From Bacillota bacterium (GTDB taxonomy: Bacteria; Bacillota; Dethiobacteria; DTU022; UBA8154), in NCBI GenBank assembly GCA_029778075.1, contig JAKORA010000071.1, positions 1 to 51,433 of the forward strand: 51,433 nt of DNA, in the 5' to 3' direction. Below, in pieces: positions 10,245 to 17,992 of this stretch (position 1 is its first letter; each line of letters opens with the position of its first letter). Under the pieces are notes generated by a model that did not search any database, had not been told where the DNA came from, and saw nothing but the letters and a program-made list of their open reading frames with translations. Both the position numbers and the translations under genes were made by a program.

Positions 10245-10607
10245 ATGAAAAATAAAAAACTGATCAAAAGCGTATATAATGCTTTCCGCGGGATCGTGTA
10301 TGCCGCCCGTAGCGAGAGGAACCTGCCGCTTCACCTTGTAGGCGCTGCAGCAGCTCTTGCCGCGTCTTTCTATTTCAAGGTGGAGAAAGCCGAGCTCCTT
10401 TTTGTTATTACAGCTATTTTCCTGGTGTTTATTACCGAGATGGTCAATACCGCCATAGAGGCGGTTGTGGACCTGAAAACAAAAAAAATTCACCCGCTGG
10501 CACGAGTTGCCAAAAATGTGGCGGCCGGGGCAGTGTTATGTGCCGCATTGTTTGCCCTGGTTGTTGCCTATATTGTTTTCGCGGACAGGCTCAAAAGTCT
10601 CTGGTGA
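10245..10607 (+). CDS. dgkA: Diacylglycerol/undecaprenol kinase family membrane protein
   Basis: 120 aa, three TM segments, EMVNTAIEAVVD motif. Confidence 0.8.
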   Translation: MKNKKLIKSVYNAFRGIVYAARSERNLPLHLVGAAAALAASFYFKVEKAELLFVITAIFLVFITEMVNTAIEAVVDLKTKKIHPLARVAKNVAAGAVLCAALFALVVAYIVFADRLKSLW

Positions 10608-10639
10608 GTTTTATTTATCAAGAGGGGGAATCATTTTAT

Positions 10640-11686
10640 ATGAAACTGGGTTCTAGCCATACTATTGTTGATAACAAAGTGCTGGTCCTGGTTACAATAG
10701 TCATTATTTTAAATACTGTGCTCGCAGGGTTGAATTTTAACATGCTTTACACGCAATTAACGGATAATAAAGAAGAAATTGTGCAGAAGCAGGTTAGGCC
10801 CCAGGATTTGCTGGAATACAACAGGCGTCTTTCACAGGAGTTGGGGGTTAATGACCGCCCCTCCGTAAAAGAGGCGTTGGCCACCTTTAGCTATGAAATA
10901 GACATGGCCAAGGACAGCGATGAAATGGCCCGCTTGATTTTTACACACGGACGCCAGGTCCAGGAAACGATCCTGAGGGAGTGGGACGCTCTTTTAAGGG
11001 AAAAAATCCTGCTCGTAATTAACCAGGATAAAAATCTGCAGAAAGAAACGAAGAAAATACAGTTTACTCTGAGAATTACCCATGCTGACGGGGTAATCGC
11101 CGATCCTCCGGTTCTCCACGAAGATACATTGCAGGAAATACTTGATCTTTATATGGAGGGCGGTATGGCCCAGGAACGAGTTTTCCGTATCGAGGTAGAG
11201 GAGAGCCGTAGCCGGATGCTTGTACCCTATAACCCGCTGGATTACATCCAGGCGCTTAGTGAAGAGCTCGATTCCTTAAGAGTCAGCATGCATGAAATGC
11301 GGGTTGCCGCCGGCCTTGCAGAGATGGCCGGCCCGGGGCTGGTGATCAGGCTTTACGATGCTCCGGATGGTTACACGGCCAGTGATATAATCCATGATTC
11401 CGATGTCCGGGATGTGGTTAACGAACTCTTTGCCGCGGGGGCAAAAGGGGTCGCCGTCGGCGGGCAGCGCCTCATAGCCACCTCTCCTATTCGCTGTGTG
11501 GGTCCTGTTATCAGGGTTAACCAGAAAGAGATCCCCGCCAATCCGGTAGTGATCGAAGCGGTGGGAGACCCTGATGTCCTGGCCAGCGGGCTGGATATTA
11601 TCAAGTTTTCGCTGGAATTTCACCGTAATTTCCGTGTCGAGATTGAAAAGGTAGACAATGTAGTTCTTCCTTATTACAGGAACTGA
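10640..11686 (+). CDS. DUF881-domain protein with a long N-terminal extension
   Basis: ATG 10640 follows AGAGGGGGA. There is an N-terminal TM helix. The C-terminal part (GPGLVIRLYDAPDG...NELFAAGAKGVAVGGQRLIATSPIRCVGPVIRVN) matches the DUF881 pattern. Confidence 0.6.
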   Translation: MKLGSSHTIVDNKVLVLVTIVIILNTVLAGLNFNMLYTQLTDNKEEIVQKQVRPQDLLEYNRRLSQELGVNDRPSVKEALATFSYEIDMAKDSDEMARLIFTHGRQVQETILREWDALLREKILLVINQDKNLQKETKKIQFTLRITHADGVIADPPVLHEDTLQEILDLYMEGGMAQERVFRIEVEESRSRMLVPYNPLDYIQALSEELDSLRVSMHEMRVAAGLAEMAGPGLVIRLYDAPDGYTASDIIHDSDVRDVVNELFAAGAKGVAVGGQRLIATSPIRCVGPVIRVNQKEIPANPVVIEAVGDPDVLASGLDIIKFSLEFHRNFRVEIEKVDNVVLPYYRN

Positions 11687-11700
11687 AAGCAGGGATTTCC

Positions 11701-12078
11701 GTGGACGACGGCAAACTTATCAGCCTGGCCCGGGAAGTGCTTGCCAATGCTTACGCCCCATACTCCGGTTACAGGGTGGGAGCGGCAATTCTCACGGTTG
11801 ACGGGCGGGTATTTCGGGGAGTAAACGTGGAAAACGCTTCTTACGGGTTGACTATCTGTGCCGAAAGAGCAGCACTGTCGGCAGCCGTTGCCGCCGGTTA
11901 CCGCTCTTTTTCCGTAATTGCCGTGGCTGCCGAAGGCGATAAGGAACCCTTGCCTTGCGGAGCCTGCCTGCAGGTTCTCCGGGAGTTTGGCCTGTTAAGG
12001 GTTGTAGTTGCCGGAAAAAAAGAAGAGATCCGCTCCTTTAGCCTGGATGAGCTTTTACCCTATCCTTTCGGGAAATGA
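11701..12078 (+). CDS. cdd: Cytidine deaminase
   Basis: CAERAAL and PCGACLQVLRE zinc-binding motifs, 125 aa. Confidence 0.9.
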   Translation: MDDGKLISLAREVLANAYAPYSGYRVGAAILTVDGRVFRGVNVENASYGLTICAERAALSAAVAAGYRSFSVIAVAAEGDKEPLPCGACLQVLREFGLLRVVVAGKKEEIRSFSLDELLPYPFGK

Positions 12079-12110
12079 TTTTGGCGAAGAGCGAAATAAA
12101 GAGGTTAGCT

Positions 12111-12998
12111 ATGTTCGTGTCAGGATTTGTTTCTATTGTCGGGCGTCCCAACGTGGGGAAATCAACCCTGATTAATTCCCTGCTGGGCCGCAAGCTGCTC
12201 ATTGTCTCCGACAAGCCCCAGACGACGAGAAACCGTATTCAGGCCATCTTTACTACGGAACAGGCCCAGATTATTTTTTTGGATACGCCGGGGATTCATA
12301 AACCCAGGCACAAGCTGGGGGAATATATGGTCAGGGCGGCACTGGAAACTTTAAAAGGAGTGGAGCTGGTCCTCTTCATGGTGGAAGCCACCTCCCCGCC
12401 CGGCCCGGGAGACAGCTATATTGCCGCGTTGCTGCGCAAAATCGAGACTCCCGTTTTTCTGGTTGTGAACAAAACAGACCTGGCCCCGGCAAAATTTGAG
12501 GAGGAGTGGCTCCCCCTGTACCTGCAGCAAGGAGAGTTCAAGAACTATTTTCTTGTTTCCGCTCTGCAGGGGACAAATTTAAACCCGCTTATACAGGCAA
12601 TTATTGAGCTTTTACCGCCCGGCCCCCTTTACTATCCTCCGGAAATGTCGGTGGATCGCCCGGTAGAGTTCCTGGTGGCAGAGTTGATCCGAGAAAAGAT
12701 CTTTTTACAGACCAGGGAAGAGATCCCGCATTCTACAGCGGTAGAAGTGGAAAGCATGGTTCTGCGCGAGGACAGGGATTTACTGGATATCAGGGCGGTA
12801 ATATACGTGGAAAAAGAATCCCAGAAAGGTATTATTATCGGAAAAAACGGCGCCGCCTTAAAACAAATCGGAACAGAAGCGCGCCTGGAGCTGGAGAAGC
12901 TCCTGGGGAACCCGGTGTTCCTGGACTTATGGGTGAAGGTTAAAAAAGACTGGCGCCGCAAAGAAAACAATCTTCGCCAGTTTGGCTACGACCAGTGA
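12111..12998 (+). CDS. era: GTPase Era
   Basis: GRPNVGKSTL (G1), DTPG (G3), NKTD (G4) and a C-terminal KH domain. ATG 12111 follows AAAGAGG. Confidence 0.95.
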   Translation: MFVSGFVSIVGRPNVGKSTLINSLLGRKLLIVSDKPQTTRNRIQAIFTTEQAQIIFLDTPGIHKPRHKLGEYMVRAALETLKGVELVLFMVEATSPPGPGDSYIAALLRKIETPVFLVVNKTDLAPAKFEEEWLPLYLQQGEFKNYFLVSALQGTNLNPLIQAIIELLPPGPLYYPPEMSVDRPVEFLVAELIREKIFLQTREEIPHSTAVEVESMVLREDRDLLDIRAVIYVEKESQKGIIIGKNGAALKQIGTEARLELEKLLGNPVFLDLWVKVKKDWRRKENNLRQFGYDQ

Positions 12999-13009
12999 GG
13001 TGAGGCAGC

Positions 13010-13795
13010 ATGAAGCTGCTAAAGACCAGGGCGCTTGTTTTAGGTTCCCGGCCTCTGGGGGAGAGAGACAGGCTGCTGAGACTCTTTAGCTGGGAAAAAG
13101 GCAAGCTGAGCGCTGTCGCTCCCGGAGCACGCAAGATCAAAAGCAAGCTGGCCGCAGGAGTGGATTACTTTACCTGCGCCTCCTTTTTATTACATGCGGG
13201 AAAATCCCTTTATACGGTGACGCAGCTTGAGATCGAGTGCACCTTTCGCAACATCAGCTTAAATATAGACGACTATACATACGGTATGTATTTCTGTGAA
13301 CTCCTGGATAAACTGGTAGAAGAAGGCGAACCCCACGTCTCTGTATTCAATCTCCTGTTGGACTGCTGGCGCAGCCTTGACGGCCACGGCGCCGACAGGG
13401 AAATTTTAGCCCGGTATTACGAGTTAAGGCTGCTCTCCATGCTCGGTTACCGCCCGCACTTTAAAGATTGCCTTTACTGCGGTGATTCCAGAGGGCCGTT
13501 TTTTTGGAGCGCCGGCTCCGGAGGAGTTTTCTGTGAGAGATGCCGTCCCCAAGAAGGGGCTGTTTTTTTAATTTCCAACGGCACCCATGCCCTGGCCGCC
13601 AGGCTTTTAAATTTATCGTCCACCGCCAAAATTCTTAATTTGCGGGCTACGGAAGCCCAAAAAAAAGAACTGCAGCATTTTACGCGTCATTTTTTAATGC
13701 AGTGGACGGGTACGGGCCCCTTTAAAGGCCTCTCTTTTTTGGAAAAACTTAACACAGGGGAAAAGGATAAAAAAACAGACAATGCATCAGAATAA
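13010..13795 (+). CDS. recO: DNA repair protein RecO
   Basis: N-terminal OB-fold pattern (ALVLGSRPLGERDRLLRLFS) and a zinc-finger CLYCG...CERC. It follows era. Confidence 0.9.
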   Translation: MKLLKTRALVLGSRPLGERDRLLRLFSWEKGKLSAVAPGARKIKSKLAAGVDYFTCASFLLHAGKSLYTVTQLEIECTFRNISLNIDDYTYGMYFCELLDKLVEEGEPHVSVFNLLLDCWRSLDGHGADREILARYYELRLLSMLGYRPHFKDCLYCGDSRGPFFWSAGSGGVFCERCRPQEGAVFLISNGTHALAARLLNLSSTAKILNLRATEAQKKELQHFTRHFLMQWTGTGPFKGLSFLEKLNTGEKDKKTDNASE

Positions 13796-13824
13796 AAATA
13801 GTCTAGTTGAAAGGATCGGTTTAT

Positions 13825-14178
13825 ATGCAAATTACTCTTGAGCAGGTAGAGATCTTAAAAGAAAAAGCAGGTCTGGGTTACAAAGATGCCCTGGAACTCC
13901 TGGAAAAAACGGAGGGAGATCTGCTTAAAGCCCTGGCGTTGCTGGAGGAAGAGGGGAAAATTTCTTTAACGGCCTGCGACCGTGAAGATAAGCTGTGGCG
14001 GAAAATCCTGAAAAAAAGCGGGGAGATGAAGATTAAAGTCAACCGGCCGGGCGGCACGCTGTTCCGTATTCCCCTGGCTCTCGGCGTTATCGGCGCAGTG
14101 GCCTTTCCTCGCCTGGCCTCCTGGAGTATGCTGGCGTTGTTGCTGACACGTTGCTCTCTGGAGATTGAATTTCATTAA
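13825..14178 (+). CDS. Small protein with an N-terminal UBA/EF-Ts-N-like domain (DUF4342-like)
   Basis: ITLEQVEILKEKAGLGYKDALELLEKTEGDLLKALALLEEEGK, then a hydrophobic C-terminus. ATG 13825 is preferred over TTG 13807. Confidence 0.5.
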   Translation: MQITLEQVEILKEKAGLGYKDALELLEKTEGDLLKALALLEEEGKISLTACDREDKLWRKILKKSGEMKIKVNRPGGTLFRIPLALGVIGAVAFPRLASWSMLALLLTRCSLEIEFH

Positions 14179-14199
14179 AGAACCGTTTTCTCTTTTTTC

Positions 14200-14228
14200 T
14201 TGACACCTTTTTAATTTTTTGCTAAATT
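14200..14228 (+). promoter_or_regulatory. Sigma-A-type promoter for the glyQS leader
   Basis: TTGACA (14200-14205), a 17-nt spacer, then TGC-TAAATT (extended -10, with the -10 hexamer at 14223-14228). Confidence 0.55.
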
Positions 14229-14234
14229 TTTATT

Positions 14235-14434
14235 GCAGAGGATCTATCATGCGTTGCTGGAAAAAAGTAACCAGGCAGGAACCCGTTATAGAGAGCCGGG
14301 GTCGGTGGAAGCCCGGCCGGGAAAGCCCGGTGAAAGGCCTTTCCAAAGCTGTGCCCCAACAAAGAGCCCTTTGTGGGAAATAGGGTGGAACCGCGGGAAG
14401 CAAAGCCCGTCCCTAGCGTGTCTGGGGCTTTTTT
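14235..14434 (+). promoter_or_regulatory. T-box riboswitch leader (glycine-specific, glyQS)
   Basis: T-box core AAATAGGGTGGAACCGCGGG at 14378-14397. AGAGAG and GGTGGAA stem-I-type elements lie upstream, with GGC triplets at 14274-14276 and 14336-14338. A GC stem and T-run (14429-14434) follow, just ahead of glyQ. Confidence 0.8.
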
Positions 14435-14482
14435 ATTTAATATTAAAATAGGGTAGATTGACAAATAGAGGAGGGAACGGGA

Positions 14483-15361
14483 GTGTTAACTTTTCAAGAC
14501 CTGATCATCAGGCTGCAGGATTATTGGGCCCGGAACGGGTGCCTGATCTGGCAGCCTTATGATGTGGAGAAAGGTGCGGGGACTATGAATCCGGCTACCT
14601 TTTTACGTTCGCTGGGGCCGGAGCCCTGGAAGGTGGCCTATGTCGAGCCGTCACGCCGTCCGGGAGACGGGCGCTACGGGGAAAACCCCAACCGCCTTTA
14701 CCAGCATCATCAGTACCAGGTTATACTTAAGCCGGCGCCGCCGGATGTACAAGATCTCTACCTGGAGAGCCTCTCCTACCTGGGAATAAACCCGCAGGCA
14801 CACGATATACGTTTTGTGGAAGACGACTGGGAATCGCCTACGTTAGGTGCCTGGGGCCTGGGATGGGAGGTCTGGCTGGATGGTATGGAAATTACCCAGT
14901 TTACGTACTTTCAGCAGGTCGGGGGGATTGATTTGGATGCTGTCCCCGTAGAGCTCACTTATGGCCTGGAGCGCATTGCCATGTTTATACAAAACTGTGA
15001 CAATGTTTTTGACCTGCGATGGACACCGGAGATTACGTACGGTGATGTTTTTCAGAAAGCGGAGCAGGAGCATTCCCGCTACAGTTTTGATGAGGCGGAT
15101 ACGGCTTTGATCCTGGAGTTGTTTTCGTTGTATGAGAAAGAAGCCGGGCGGCTCCTGGAAAAAGGTCTGGTCCTCCCCGCTTATGACTATGTACTGAAAT
15201 GCTCTCATGTTTTCAATATTCTGGAGGCCCGGGGCGCCATTAGCGTTACGGAACGGACCGGGTATATTGCCCGTATTCGTGAGCTTGCCCGCCGGTCCGG
15301 CAAGCGCTACCTGGAGCAGCGGGAAGAAACCGGCTTTCCTTTAATGAAAGGGCAAAAGTAA
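14483..15361 (+). CDS. glyQ: Glycine--tRNA ligase alpha subunit
   Basis: 292 aa with highly conserved GlyQ sequence ([32 protein letters not shown]). Confidence 0.95.
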   Translation: MLTFQDLIIRLQDYWARNGCLIWQPYDVEKGAGTMNPATFLRSLGPEPWKVAYVEPSRRPGDGRYGENPNRLYQHHQYQVILKPAPPDVQDLYLESLSYLGINPQAHDIRFVEDDWESPTLGAWGLGWEVWLDGMEITQFTYFQQVGGIDLDAVPVELTYGLERIAMFIQNCDNVFDLRWTPEITYGDVFQKAEQEHSRYSFDEADTALILELFSLYEKEAGRLLEKGLVLPAYDYVLKCSHVFNILEARGAISVTERTGYIARIRELARRSGKRYLEQREETGFPLMKGQK

Positions 15362-15386
15362 AAAAATAGAAATCGGTGGTGAGCAA

Positions 15387-17510
15387 ATGGCTGTCCGAGA
15401 TTTACTGTTGGAAATAGGCTGTGAGGAGATCCCGGCCCGTTTTATGCCGGATGCGCTGAGACAACTCAAGGAAAAAACAAAGACACTTTTAGCGGAACAT
15501 TACCTTGACCTGGAAGATGTGTTTGTCTTTGCTACCCCTCGCCGCCTGGTCGTGCTGGTAAAAAACCTGGCCGAAAAACAACCGGACCGGGAAGAGAAGA
15601 TCAAAGGTCCTTCCCGGGAGGCGGCTTTTGACAGTGAGGGAAAGCCTACAAAAGCCGCTCTGGGCTTTGCCGCCAAGATCGGTGTCAGGGTGGAAGAGTT
15701 GACTCTGGAGAAGGCTGGCCGGAAGGAGTACCTTGCCGCGGTTCAGAAAATTTCCGGAGAAAAAACAAGCGCAATTTTGTTAAAACTGCTGCCCGGACTT
15801 ATAAAAAGCCTTACTTTTCCTAAAAATATGTTTTGGGAAGAAAGCAAGGTAAGGTTTCCCCGGCCCATACGCTGGCTTCTTTGCCTGTACGGTAACGAGA
15901 TTGTCCCTTTTCAATATGCCGGCCTGACTGCCGGCTGCGAGACCAGGGGGCACAGGTTCCAGGCCTCCGTCTCCGGCCCTATTGCCGTTCGTGACCCTGC
16001 CCACTACTTCGAAAGCCTGGAGAAAGCCGGTGTCGTCCTGGACCAGGAGCAGCGTGCGCAACTGATCAGGGAAAAAATCCAGGCGGCAGCTGCGGGGCAG
16101 GGGTTGCAGGCCTGTATTGATCCCGCTTTGCTGGAAGAGGTCGTTTACCTTGTGGAAGCTCCGGAAGCCATACTCTGCTCCTTTCCCGAGAGCTACCTGC
16201 AGTTGCCCAGGGAAGTGCTGGTAACCACCATGCAGAGTCACCAGCGCTATTTCCCCCTGGAAAACATGGAGGGCCGGCTCTGCCCTCTTTTTATTACCGT
16301 ATCCAATAACGGTGCCGCGCCCCTGGACAACGTACGCAGCGGCAACGAAAAAGTGCTGAAAGCACGTCTGGCCGATGCCGAGTTTTTTTACCGGGAGGAT
16401 CTAAAGACTCCCCTGGCGGACAAAGTAGAAAAGCTCAAAACGATTGTCTTTCAAGAAGAGTTGGGCACTGTCTACGAGAAGACGCTGCGTCTCGTCAGGC
16501 TAAGTGAGTTTTTAGCAGATCAGCTTGGCGCAGATGAAGCGGAGACAGAGATTGCCTTAAGAGCCGCTTATCTCTGCAAGGCTGATCTGGCGACAAACAT
16601 GGTCGGGGAGTTTCCGGAGCTTCAGGGGGTAATGGGCAAAGAATACGCCCTTCAATCCGCCGAAAAAGAAGAGACTGCCGAGGCTGTCTTCGAGCATTAC
16701 CTGCCGCGGTTCGCGGGAGATCGCCTTCCGCGGACAAAGCCGGGGGCAATTGTCGCCCTTGCCGACAGGGCCGATCATCTGGCCGGTTGTTTTGCCGTCG
16801 GCCTTCGACCCACCGGCTCCCAGGATCCTTACGCCCTGCGGAGAAGCTGCCTTGGTTTGCTGCAAATCCTTCTGGAGCACAATTTTCCTCTCTCCTTCAG
16901 CAGGTTGATGGCGAAAGCCCTTGATTTATACCGGGAGCGCGAGAGCCTGCGAGACCTGCCGCTGGCGGAGACGGCAGTAGAGCTCTGCACTTTTGCCTGG
17001 CAGAGGCTGCGCATTTTATTTCAGGAGAGAGGGATGGACTATGACCTTACTGATGCGGTCCTTAGTTCCTCTCTCGATGAGGTGGCCTCCCTCTGGAAAC
17101 GGGTAAAATTTCTGCAAGAAAACCGCAACAGCGAACGCCTGTCCATGGCGGCCGCTGCTTATAACAGGGTCGCCAATCTGGCCCGCCGGGCACAAACCGG
17201 AGTAAAGGTGCGGGAGGAGCTTTTTCGTGAAGAGGGTGAAAGAAAGCTCTTTTCCCGTTTTCAAGCAGCTGTGGCAGAGCTTGAGGCAGCGCTGGCAAGA
17301 GAGGATCTGGAGGAAGCACTTGCAGTGCTGGCAAATTTAAAATCACCGCTGGATGTTTTTTTCGATGAGGTGCTGGTAATGGCAGAGGAGGAGACATTAC
17401 GCTTAAACCGGCTGTCACTCCTGCAAGAAATTAAAGGAGCTTATTTGGGTTTCGCCGATTTTTCCAAAATAATTTTTTCTACTTCTCAGAGCAACCCCGG
17501 TGTAAAATAG
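15387..17510 (+). CDS. glyS: Glycine--tRNA ligase beta subunit
   Basis: 707 aa. LLEIGCEEIPARFMP at the N-terminus. It directly follows glyQ. Confidence 0.95.
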   Translation: MAVRDLLLEIGCEEIPARFMPDALRQLKEKTKTLLAEHYLDLEDVFVFATPRRLVVLVKNLAEKQPDREEKIKGPSREAAFDSEGKPTKAALGFAAKIGVRVEELTLEKAGRKEYLAAVQKISGEKTSAILLKLLPGLIKSLTFPKNMFWEESKVRFPRPIRWLLCLYGNEIVPFQYAGLTAGCETRGHRFQASVSGPIAVRDPAHYFESLEKAGVVLDQEQRAQLIREKIQAAAAGQGLQACIDPALLEEVVYLVEAPEAILCSFPESYLQLPREVLVTTMQSHQRYFPLENMEGRLCPLFITVSNNGAAPLDNVRSGNEKVLKARLADAEFFYREDLKTPLADKVEKLKTIVFQEELGTVYEKTLRLVRLSEFLADQLGADEAETEIALRAAYLCKADLATNMVGEFPELQGVMGKEYALQSAEKEETAEAVFEHYLPRFAGDRLPRTKPGAIVALADRADHLAGCFAVGLRPTGSQDPYALRRSCLGLLQILLEHNFPLSFSRLMAKALDLYRERESLRDLPLAETAVELCTFAWQRLRILFQERGMDYDLTDAVLSSSLDEVASLWKRVKFLQENRNSERLSMAAAAYNRVANLARRAQTGVKVREELFREEGERKLFSRFQAAVAELEAALAREDLEEALAVLANLKSPLDVFFDEVLVMAEEETLRLNRLSLLQEIKGAYLGFADFSKIIFSTSQSNPGVK

Positions 17511-17555
17511 AGGATTTTTAGATTAGTGGTGGAATAAAAATAAAAAAGTTATTTT

Positions 17556-17992
17556 TTGCCTCAAAAGGAGGTATATGGCGGGGAGTTGTCTGCAAAAGAT
17601 AAACCTACTGTGTATATTATCTCTGATTCCATAGGGGAGACGGCAGAGTTTGTGGTAAATGCCGTAGCCAGCCAGTTCAACTCCGGCCAAGTGGAAATAC
17701 GTCGGGAGTCATTTTTGACCGACGCTGAGCACCTCAAGGAGTTTATCAGGGAAGCTGCCGGCAGGAAGAGTATGATAGCCTATATACTGGTCCTGCCCGG
17801 GTTGAGGAGGTTGTTGCGGCGGAAGCAAAAAAATGCGGCCTTCCCATTGTTGATGTATTAGGGCTGATGCTGGAGGCATTTTCCAAAATTGTTTTTGATG
17901 TTTCAAACAAGGCCGTCGATGAAGTGGCCAGTAAAATATTAAACATCATAAAGGAGTCAGAGAGTAATGAAGAGAGTAATAAGCAGTATTAA
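17556..17992 (+). pseudogene. Decayed pyruvate,phosphate dikinase regulatory protein (PDRP/YqfL, DUF299) gene: frameshifted, with an internal deletion
   Basis: Frame 0 encodes TVYIISDSIGETAEFVVNAVASQF...SMIAYILV and then stops at 17861. The frame shifted by -1 continues VEEVVAAEAKKCGLPIVDVLGLMLEAFSKI and runs directly into the family's C-terminal motif VFDVSNKAVDEVASKILNII, ending at 17992. The central P-loop kinase part is absent, leaving about 135 codons in total. Confidence 0.7.
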
